Source: Capsulimonadaceae bacterium
GTDB taxonomy: Bacteria > Armatimonadota > Armatimonadia > Armatimonadales > Capsulimonadaceae
Direction of reading: 5' to 3'
Length of the DNA stretch: 21,400 nucleotides
Assembly: GCA_052139635.1 (NCBI GenBank)
Contig: JBKQWH010000101.1
Location: 1 to 21,400, forward strand
The position numbers and the translations under genes are program-made. Position 1 is the stretch's first letter; each line of letters opens with the position of its first letter. The notes beneath the pieces are model-generated. The model made no database searches, had not been told where the DNA came from, and saw only the letters and a program-made list of their open reading frames with translations. Below, piece after piece: positions 1 through 6,868 of this stretch.

Positions 1-48
1 CGCGGGACCGCCCGTTCGCTGCATCTTTTACCGGACGGCCGAGTCTTC

Positions 49-2013
49 TCAGAGAGAGCCGCGCAGAAGATCCGCAACAGTGAGGGGCGTCACCACCTTG
101 ACCTCGTCGCGTTCGGTGTGTATCCCCGATGTCCGGTTCGACTGCATCACCCCGGAGATCGTCGGCGGCAGATTGGAGAGCTTCTCTCCTGCAACCACCA
201 CGGCCCGGCTCGGCAGTAGGAGCCGGGCGACCAGCTCGTTATTGCGCGGCCGCTCGTTAAACTCCTTGACCAGTTGCTTGACATTGGTGGCGATGCTTTG
301 AGGCTCGCCCGACCCCGAGTGGATGATAATCAGCCCGCCAAGGGAGATCCCGCCGCCCGACGACTCGCCGCCTCCGCCCTTGACTTCCAGGTCGAGGCTA
401 CCCGTGGGCGCATTCGCCGGGATCTTGAGGTGGATAAAGTGGGTCCTGGTGGGCTGCTTGAAGGGCTTGATCGCCACGCCCACTTCCACGATGTCTCCGG
501 GAGCATATTTGCTCTGATTCACGAAGATATGGTCGATCTCGGCGGTATCATGCCGGCTGCGAATGGTGACGGACAGCTTGACGCTCTTGACGGCCAGCGG
601 ATAGAACGGGTTCGCCGTGACCATCTGCATCACCGAATCCAGATCGCCCAGGGCGGCGTCCTCTATCGAGAGCGGGTCGAAGTACGTATTGGTGCGCACG
701 ATTCGGCCGATCTCCTCGGCGTCGACATCCATCGTCACCGTGGCCATTGAGTCTCCGGGAAGCCCGTGGACGCGGCCGATGGACTCCCCGGCGACAAAGC
801 TGATCAGGCGTGCGGAGAGCAGCGGATGGCTGATGACCTCCGAGCGCAATACGCGATGTACGTGAAGCGCCAGGTCGTTGATGTCGACCGTCACCGGGAT
901 CATCTTCGGAAGCGGGCCAACCACGCCGCCGAGAGAGAATGGGCGGTCCTGGAACACGCGGCCTACCGTCCGGATCGGTCCGCCGATCATCACGGAGTCC
1001 TGGTAGGACGGGTAACCGTCAACAATGTAGGCTGTCTCCATTGGCGCATCGATGGGGCCCAAACCCTCGAACTCGTGGCCCCACATCAGGATTCGGTTGC
1101 CTTCGCGGTAAGTGACTGTCCCGATTCCGGTGAACTCGATGTCGCCGCGGATCAGGGCGACACCGATCGGCGAGCCCGGCTGCAGCCGAGCGCCGCGAGC
1201 GAGCGGATTATTGGTCAGACCCGAGCCGGCCGTCCCCGCCCCGCCGACCACGTTCATGTGGAAGGGGGCCATGAGGCTGCTCAGCCGGGCCACACCGGCG
1301 GGCGAGACGCCGCTGACAACCATTGGTATGTCCAGCGGAGCGAACTGCCCCGGGTTGGCGGGCTCGGCGGCGTCGCTGGAGATCCCGCCGGAATCCGGCC
1401 TGGCCGAGATTGGCGAGGGCGTTTTGGGAAGGTCGGGGCTCCAGGCGTCGAGCATCTCCTCGATCGGGGTCGCCAGCGCCATCGGCTCCTTCGGATAGGA
1501 CGGCTGGTTGGCCATGATGCCCTGGATGCCCATCGAGATCGCGCCAACCAGGCGACCGTCGACATAGATTGGGCTGCCGCTCATGCCGTGCGCGATGTTG
1601 AGCCCGCGCGTGACCGAGGGGCCGTCGAGCGCGCGGAAGAGGATGTAGTCCTTGCCCAGGTTGTACTTGGCGACCACGCCGATGATCTCGATATTGAACC
1701 GCTGCGGCTGCGTGCCCCGGAAGGTGGTCAGCGCGTATCCCCGCATTCCGGGCCTGATCTCGCTCAGCGGCATGAAGTTGCGCACATTGAATGGCCTTCG
1801 GCCGCCGATCGGGGTGTCGCTCCCCGGCCGGAGCAGCAGACGAACATGAACGACGTGGCGTGGGTGCAGCGTGCGGCCTGAGGCGGATCCCGGCGTTTCG
1901 CCGAGAGCCGCAAGGGCTGCCGGGAAATGTGCGAGCAGGGCGATCCCGCAGCCGATGATCGCTGCGCGGCGGACGAGCCCGGCTATGAAGGCGGCTTGGT
2001 TACAATACTTCAT
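49..2013 (-). CDS. Secreted peptidase S55 (SpoIVB-like serine peptidase) domain protein with a large C-terminal extension. Start taken at the internal ATG (MKYCNQAAF...) that begins a signal-peptide-like hydrophobic segment.
   Basis: ORF 49..2289(-). Translation from M93 gives a signal peptide (MKYCNQAAFIAGLVRRAAIIGCGIALLAHFPAALAAL), then a trypsin-like/S55 core with a GMSGSPIYVDGRLVGAIS serine motif (GDSGGP-like). About 400 aa of C-terminal extension with a Gly/Ser-rich stretch. Upstream in-frame residues look like non-coding junk. Confidence 0.75.
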   Translation of the reverse strand: MKYCNQAAFIAGLVRRAAIIGCGIALLAHFPAALAALGETPGSASGRTLHPRHVVHVRLLLRPGSDTPIGGRRPFNVRNFMPLSEIRPGMRGYALTTFRGTQPQRFNIEIIGVVAKYNLGKDYILFRALDGPSVTRGLNIAHGMSGSPIYVDGRLVGAISMGIQGIMANQPSYPKEPMALATPIEEMLDAWSPDLPKTPSPISARPDSGGISSDAAEPANPGQFAPLDIPMVVSGVSPAGVARLSSLMAPFHMNVVGGAGTAGSGLTNNPLARGARLQPGSPIGVALIRGDIEFTGIGTVTYREGNRILMWGHEFEGLGPIDAPMETAYIVDGYPSYQDSVMIGGPIRTVGRVFQDRPFSLGGVVGPLPKMIPVTVDINDLALHVHRVLRSEVISHPLLSARLISFVAGESIGRVHGLPGDSMATVTMDVDAEEIGRIVRTNTYFDPLSIEDAALGDLDSVMQMVTANPFYPLAVKSVKLSVTIRSRHDTAEIDHIFVNQSKYAPGDIVEVGVAIKPFKQPTRTHFIHLKIPANAPTGSLDLEVKGGGGESSGGGISLGGLIIIHSGSGEPQSIATNVKQLVKEFNERPRNNELVARLLLPSRAVVVAGEKLSNLPPTISGVMQSNRTSGIHTERDEVKVVTPLTVADLLRGSL

Positions 2014-2192
2014 CAGTGAATTCTCGTGTGGAAAATGACTCCGGCGAATCGGGCGAGCCGATGCCACTCGCCGTACGAGAGCGGGTGACATCGGGCGGCG
2101 AACCGGGCGTGATTTGGGTGATCTTCTGCAATAGTCAACAATGTCGCGCAAAGGAGATATGACCACCGTTGCGCCGGTGATGCGGGGGCGGG

Positions 2193-2594
2193 TTAATCCG
2201 CCCTGCCGTAGACCTTCTCCGGGTCGAACTGCCTCTCTGTTATCGTACGCCATTCCGGGGTCAAATCGTTCGCAGCGCGGTAATAGCAAGTCGGATGGCC
2301 CGTATGGCAGGTTGCGCCCATCGGACGAGCAAGGATGAGCAGCGAATCGTCATTGCAATTGACCCGCAGTTCCACAAATCGCAGAACGTTTCCGCTCGTC
2401 TCGCCTTTCGTCCAGAGCTTCCCACGTGACCGTTGCCAGAAGGTCACCCGGCCGCCCTGAACCGTCAACTCGACGGCGTCGCGGTTCATGAAACCGAGCA
2501 TCAGCACGTCTTTGGTGTCGGCATCCTGTACAACGGCCGGAACAAGCCCGTCGCCGTGTTTGTCAAACTGAATCTGGTCCAGCAGCGTCGACAT
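2193..2594 (-). CDS. hisI: Phosphoribosyl-AMP cyclohydrolase (HisI, monofunctional)
   Basis: ORF 2193..2684(-). From M31 the sequence MSTLLDQIQFDKHGDGLVPAVVQDADTKDVLMLGFMNRDAVELTVQGGRVTFWQRSRGKLWTKGETSGNVLRFVELRVNCNDDSLLILARPMGATCHTGHPTCYY is a textbook PRA-CH domain with the metal-binding C..H..C cluster. Start chosen at M31 because the upstream ORF stops at 2618, leaving a 23-nt gap. Confidence 0.9.
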   Translation of the reverse strand: MSTLLDQIQFDKHGDGLVPAVVQDADTKDVLMLGFMNRDAVELTVQGGRVTFWQRSRGKLWTKGETSGNVLRFVELRVNCNDDSLLILARPMGATCHTGHPTCYYRAANDLTPEWRTITERQFDPEKVYGRAD

Positions 2595-2617
2595 GCAAGG
2601 GTCTCCGAATACCGCGC

Positions 2618-3148
2618 TCACGATAACAGGCAGCGAATTGCCACGATCACAAGGGCCGCGCCCAATGCCATTGTCGGCGCGCATCCCGGCCCGTTCTGGA
2701 ATATCGTGCCCTGGCCAACCACGTCGCGGCGTGAGTTGATCTGCGGCGGGGCCTTGCTATAGTCCGGAACGGCCACCGAATACTTTTCCGGCTTACCCCC
2801 GTTGCCGCGAAAAACGTAAATGTTTCCGCCGGTGGTTGTTGGTGGGTAGTTGGAGGTCATCTGGAAGATCTGCTCGCCGTCTGTGTGGTCGAGGTGTCCT
2901 TCCCAGCGCAGCCAGCTTGTGCCGGAATCATCGGTCACCCAGCGAATGCTTTCCCATCCCGGCGGGCACATCTCGTTGGTCACGGCCTCCGGGTACTTTA
3001 CGAGCGGCGGGACGCCGCTAAAGCGATATGGCCCGATGTCGAGGCGGCTGATTCCAAAGCCGTCGTCCTCGGCGGCAATGTGAAGCTGGTACATGAACCC
3101 CGTTACCACCTGTTGGGTTTCCACGTACGGGGCCGTGATGGTCGGCAT
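2618..3148 (-). CDS. Hypothetical protein, about 176 aa, with a C-terminal hydrophobic anchor (tail-anchored or secreted with a C-terminal TM). No family recognised.
   Basis: ORF 2618..3148(-) starts with ATG. It is preceded on the minus strand by a strong SD (AGGAGG, top-strand cctcct at 3159-3164; about 10-nt spacer). Protein-like composition (W/Y/F-rich beta-type sequence, Gly/Pro-rich linker). C-terminus TMALGAALVIVAIRCLLS is a single predicted TM helix. Lies 23 nt upstream of hisI on the same strand. Confidence 0.6.
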   Translation of the reverse strand: MPTITAPYVETQQVVTGFMYQLHIAAEDDGFGISRLDIGPYRFSGVPPLVKYPEAVTNEMCPPGWESIRWVTDDSGTSWLRWEGHLDHTDGEQIFQMTSNYPPTTTGGNIYVFRGNGGKPEKYSVAVPDYSKAPPQINSRRDVVGQGTIFQNGPGCAPTMALGAALVIVAIRCLLS

Positions 3149-3416
3149 AAACGGGCTTCCTCCTGCGGCTCAGCAATCGGGCCGGTGCGCCGGCCCGAAT
3201 CGATCGGAATGTTCTATTCGAAAGAAGAGTACGAACGCGAGTCGCTGGCAGCGGCATCGACGTTTGCGCTTTTTTTCACAATACCCTGTCATTGTACCCC
3301 GCAAGTATTCGATTCCGGCCATCGCCCTCACCCCTATCCCCTCTCCCGAGGACGGTCGAGGGGTGCCCAGGGGCATGTGCAGGATGCCGATCGCTCGCAA
3401 CTGGTCCACCGGACGA

Positions 3417-4100
3417 TTAGAGGAGGTCTTCGGGCAGGGTCCAATCGATTTCCGGGTAGCCGAAGGCGCGCAGGGCATCGTTGATCCGGGAAAACGGACG
3501 GCTGCCGAAGAAGCCGCTACGGGCCGAGAGGGGGGACGGGTGCGCCGACGCGATGATAGCGTGCCGCCCGCGGTCGATCATAGCTTGTTTCTTTTGTGCG
3601 TATGCGCCCCAGAGGACGAAAACGCAGGGCTCGGGCCGGTCGCTGAGGGCGCGGATAACGGCGTCGGTGAATACCTCCCATCCGTGACCTTTATGCGAGT
3701 TTGCGGCGTGTGCGCGTACGGTCAGCACCGCGTTGAGCATGACGATGCCCTGCCTCGCCCACGGGGTCAAATCTCCACTCGCGGGAGGCGGCAGATCGAG
3801 ATCGGACCGACGCTCAACGAAGATATTGTTGAGGGACGGAGGAGGACGGACGCCCGGCTGGACCGAAAAGCACAGCCCGTGCGCCTGCCCATCGTCGTGG
3901 TAGGGGTCCTGGCCGAGGATCAGCACACGTGTCGCCTGCCAGGTCGACAACTTGAACGCATTGAACACGTCCGGCTCCGGCGGAAAGACAGTGTGCTCGG
4001 CCCGCTCCTCATCCACGAAGCGCGCGAGTCGGGTGAAATACGGCTGCGCCATTTCGGGATCGAGGATGGTTTGCCAGTCGATGGGAAGGTCGGTTAACAT
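3417..4100 (-). CDS. ung: Uracil-DNA glycosylase, family 1
   Basis: ORF 3417..4100(-), ATG start, TAA stop. Contains the family-1 UDG motifs GQDPYH (water-activating loop) and HPSPLS (Leu-intercalation loop), and the overall UNG architecture (FKLSTWQATRVLILGQDPYH...VLWGAYAQKK...HPSPLSA). Confidence 0.92.
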   Translation of the reverse strand: MLTDLPIDWQTILDPEMAQPYFTRLARFVDEERAEHTVFPPEPDVFNAFKLSTWQATRVLILGQDPYHDDGQAHGLCFSVQPGVRPPPSLNNIFVERRSDLDLPPPASGDLTPWARQGIVMLNAVLTVRAHAANSHKGHGWEVFTDAVIRALSDRPEPCVFVLWGAYAQKKQAMIDRGRHAIIASAHPSPLSARSGFFGSRPFSRINDALRAFGYPEIDWTLPEDLL

Positions 4101-4196
4101 GATTCCGGAGATATTCTACCCGGTGTCGGGGCGGACAGGTTCGTAGCGTGTCCTCTCCATCGATCGTCTACACGAGGTCATACAGAGTGTTTTCGG

Positions 4197-4225
4197 TTGC
4201 ATAATCTTCCCCGACATGTCATAAT
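4197..4225 (+). promoter_or_regulatory. Sigma70-like promoter (TTGCAT, 17-bp spacer, CATAAT). The -10 ends 7 nt before the ATG of the HTH gene, suggesting a leaderless or near-leaderless transcript.
   Basis: TTGCAT at 4197-4202, 17-nt spacer, CATAAT at 4220-4225, ATG at 4233. Local AT-rich dip in otherwise GC-rich DNA. Divergent from ung. Confidence 0.4.
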
Positions 4226-4232
4226 CTGAGGC

Positions 4233-4487
4233 ATGGTAAGACCCGTTATTCGTTCGCGCGGATTCTTTCTCTGGAAGAAGCTGGAAGCGACCCGCGGTCG
4301 CCTGACGCTCGAGGCGCTGATTGCTGAAATCGGCCTGAGCCCGTTGACCGTTCGCCGGTACGTAGTCAAGCCCAATGCCGATGTCTCCACGGCAGCCATC
4401 TGGGCGGCCGTCGTCGTTGCGGATTACTTCGGAGTCCCACTCGACGGACCTGACGGCCTCCTCGACCGCTCTCAGGGCGACTCATAA
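4233..4487 (+). CDS. Small XRE/Cro-C1-type helix-turn-helix DNA-binding protein (84 aa)
   Basis: ORF 4233..4487(+). WKKLEATRGRLTLEALIAEIGLSPLTVRRYVVKPNADVSTAAIWAAVVVADYFGVPLD matches the XRE HTH pattern (L-T-x-E-x-L-A-x-x-x-G-l-S-x-x-T-i-x-R-x-E ... l-x-k-i-A-x-x-l-g-v-x-l-d). Consensus-like promoter directly upstream. Confidence 0.5.
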   Translation: MVRPVIRSRGFFLWKKLEATRGRLTLEALIAEIGLSPLTVRRYVVKPNADVSTAAIWAAVVVADYFGVPLDGPDGLLDRSQGDS

Positions 4488-4606
4488 CGGCGGAAGCGGC
4501 GCTTCTCAACTGCACGTTTGAAATGCATCCATTCACGCCGCTAACATCCGATTCGATAGGTTTTCCGTACTCTCGTAAAGCGCGCCCAAATCGAGTCCCT
4601 CACTGT

Positions 4607-5914
4607 ATGCTTATGTGGCTGTGCGCCGTTTGCCTTGCTGTCACCGGCGGAACACCCCTGCGTGCGCAGTCAAGTGGATGGCGGACGGCGCCGGGTGGGC
4701 TCATGCAAGCAGGCTCGCCCTCCGGACAGTACCCGGTCGCCCCATTCCCTCTGCCCAACTTCATCGCGCCGCGACACCGGATCGACGATACCTTCGGGCC
4801 GCTCGCCCTTCTTCCCGGCGAGGTCCGGATCGACGGCCTGCTTCTATCCGATTTCGACTCGTCGATGCCGCAGTTCGAAATACGGGCCTGCGCGTACGCG
4901 CAGGCAACCGGATCGCGCGAGTGGCTTCCGGAGCCGCGCGATAAGGTAGTGTTGATCTCGGGTGCGACACGCTTCGCCGCGTTTGGGTCCGCAGAATCGG
5001 AGATGGCGCTGCGTGCGTCCGAGGATAACCCGTTCCACGTGACCGTGATCGGCACCGATCAAGGTGTCGGAAAACCGGTCGAGGCGCGAGTCGTCTGGCT
5101 GGACCGTCTGACCGGCGCTGAATCGAGTTTTGCGGGTGGTGCAAAACACGTCGATCACGTGCCCGATCCGGTTTCGCCGGCGATTGCCGTCTCGCATCCG
5201 TTTATCCCGGTGGACGGGCGCCCGTTCGAAGTCACAGTGGTTCGAGTCCGTTTGTGCACGGTTCGCATGACGGTCGCGCTGGCGGCCGGGCAGGTGGGGG
5301 CGACCGAATCTCTCGACGGCATCGCGCGCGACCACGGCGCGGTGGCGGCCATCAACGGCTCGTTTTTTGACGCTTACGACGTCGGTCCGATAAAGAAGCC
5401 CGACATGGAGTTAATCACGGGGGGACAGGTTGTGTTCCAGGCGCGCACCGGTACCCTGATCGGGTTTACGCCGGATGGGCAGTGTGCGATGGAGACGAGT
5501 ATCGTTGCCGACGCGCTCCGCAACCTCGACCCAGCCTATCCGGACGACTGGGACGATTTCCAACGGCCGGATGTTCTTGTCTGGCAGAAGGTCACCGAGG
5601 CTGTCGGAGCCGGCCCGCGGCTCGTGCGCGACGGTGCAGTTGCCCTCTCGCCGTACGCGGAAGGATTCAGCAGCCCCGATGTGATCTCGTCCGTAACACG
5701 GCGGTCCGCGGTCGGATTCACGAGCAACGGTGTCTTGTTGCTCGTGAGCGCACATGCCAATATCCCGGATCTGGCGCGAATCATGAAAGCGCTCGGATGC
5801 GCCCAGGCGATGAACATGGACGGGGGATCATCCAGTGGGATCTGGTTGCGTGGAACTTACCTGCAGCGCCCCGGCCGCGACATCAGCAACGCGCTGCTGA
5901 TCTTACCCCGTTAG
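4607..5914 (+). CDS. Secreted phosphodiester glycosidase family protein (NAGPA-like / DUF2233 domain at the C-terminus). Start at the ATG that begins the signal peptide; a longer N-terminus from 4523 is possible.
   Basis: ORF 4523..5914(+). MLMWLCAVCLAVTGGTPLRAQS is a signal peptide. The C-terminal region LDGIARDHGAVAAINGSFFD...GPRLVRDG...SAVGFTSNGVLLLVSAH...AQAMNMDGGSSSG matches the phosphodiester glycosidase domain, including the AxNLDGGGS-type motif. No strong SD before 4607. Confidence 0.7.
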   Translation: MLMWLCAVCLAVTGGTPLRAQSSGWRTAPGGLMQAGSPSGQYPVAPFPLPNFIAPRHRIDDTFGPLALLPGEVRIDGLLLSDFDSSMPQFEIRACAYAQATGSREWLPEPRDKVVLISGATRFAAFGSAESEMALRASEDNPFHVTVIGTDQGVGKPVEARVVWLDRLTGAESSFAGGAKHVDHVPDPVSPAIAVSHPFIPVDGRPFEVTVVRVRLCTVRMTVALAAGQVGATESLDGIARDHGAVAAINGSFFDAYDVGPIKKPDMELITGGQVVFQARTGTLIGFTPDGQCAMETSIVADALRNLDPAYPDDWDDFQRPDVLVWQKVTEAVGAGPRLVRDGAVALSPYAEGFSSPDVISSVTRRSAVGFTSNGVLLLVSAHANIPDLARIMKALGCAQAMNMDGGSSSGIWLRGTYLQRPGRDISNALLILPR

Positions 5915-6037
5915 ACCTGGATTCGGTAATCGGATCGACGTCCACTCCGCTTGCAACAAATATTCTCCGACCGGGTCGATAATAATGCGCAGTCAACTGC
6001 GACCGGTTACATAATGTTCTTGAAAGGCAACACGTCC

Positions 6038-6805
6038 ATGAACGCAGCGGATTTTGGACACTGGTATTACCTGATCTATCTGGTCCCGGGGATTGCCGCG
6101 CTGGCGATGCTGGTTCTGCCGGTCCTTGGCGGTGGTCACCATCACGGCGCTCACGGGCACGGTCTCTCCGGCCATGCGCACGCGATGGGCCATGGAGCGC
6201 ACGCGGGCCACACCGGTCACGCCGGCCACGGGACACACGCTGCGCACTCGTCTCATGCGGGTGGGAATACGCATCGCGCCGCTGGCGCCGCGCATAACGG
6301 ACCCGAGAACAGCGGCCGCGAGCGACACGCGCCGTCCAAGGCCGTCCTTGGCTTCGGCGGGCACGAGCAGGCTCCCATCCCGGTCGCCGTGGGTGGCCTG
6401 CTGCTCGGATGGAGTCTGGCGGGATTCTGGACAACCGCCATCATCGAACAGAACACGCATAACCCGGCCGCATTTGTGCTGCCGGCTTTTGGCGCTGCTA
6501 TCCTGGGCGCCCTGGTGACTTCCAGGCTGATAGCAGCCGCGTTTGTGCGCCTCATTCCCGCCGAGGAAAACCTGGCGGTCAGCACGGCGGAATTGATCGG
6601 CCTGACCGGAACAGTGGCGTATCCGGTTGATGGGGCGCGTGGCCGTGTGCACATTTATGACGACCACGGGACCCTGCATGACTGCCCGGCACGCATCGAC
6701 GGCGGCAAGAACGGCGCCGGGTTGGCGATCAACCGCGACAAATCGATACTCGTGGTGGACTATGACCATGAGCACGACCAGTTGATTGTGGAGGAAATCG
6801 CCTAG
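6038..6805 (+). CDS. NfeD-like (YuaF/YqiJ-type) membrane protein with C-terminal OB-fold domain. Contains an unusual His-rich insertion of about 55 aa. Alternative starts at ATG 6014 or TTG 5951.
   Basis: ORF 5951..6805(+). N-terminal TM helix (WYYLIYLVPGIAALAMLVLPVLGG). His/Gly/Ala-rich segment (about 17 His, coding roughly 6137-6300). Second hydrophobic region (PIPVAVGGLLLGWSLAGFWTTAII...AAFVLPAFGAAILGALV). C-terminal NfeD OB-fold (GLTGTVAYPVDGARGRVHIYDDHGTLHDCPARIDG...LVVDYDHEHDQLIVEEI). Immediately upstream of a flotillin gene, the conserved NfeD-flotillin pairing. Confidence 0.75.
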   Translation: MNAADFGHWYYLIYLVPGIAALAMLVLPVLGGGHHHGAHGHGLSGHAHAMGHGAHAGHTGHAGHGTHAAHSSHAGGNTHRAAGAAHNGPENSGRERHAPSKAVLGFGGHEQAPIPVAVGGLLLGWSLAGFWTTAIIEQNTHNPAAFVLPAFGAAILGALVTSRLIAAAFVRLIPAEENLAVSTAELIGLTGTVAYPVDGARGRVHIYDDHGTLHDCPARIDGGKNGAGLAINRDKSILVVDYDHEHDQLIVEEIA

Positions 6806-6868
6806 CCTGTGCGTCGACGCATCAGGCGGCGTTAGCAGCCCGCCACAATCGGCGGGCGGGAGAATGAA

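Noticed and set aside
766-1881. 371-aa plus-strand ORF and several other long ORFs (1112..1498, 7010..7798, 7246..7872, 11631..12857, 13288..14262, 13323..14258, 11201..11983, 12124..12834)
   Set aside because: All are antisense or out-of-frame overlaps of well-supported genes (S55 peptidase, flotillin, sucA, sucB). Their composition is typical of open frames in high-GC DNA, not of real proteins.
2141-2338. 65-aa ORF with AAGGAG two nt upstream of its ATG
   Set aside because: SD spacing is too short. The ORF overlaps the 3' end of hisI in antisense and its translation is low-complexity.
3093-4097. 334-aa plus-strand ORF
   Set aside because: Antisense to ung (clear UDG motifs on the minus strand); no protein-like features.
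5951-6037. Possible promoter for the NfeD gene (TTGCAA at 5951 with a TAATAAT box)
   Set aside because: The spacer between the candidate -35 and -10 is about 21-22 nt, too long for a sigma70-type promoter. The true promoter and start codon (5951 TTG / 6014 ATG / 6038 ATG) remain uncertain.
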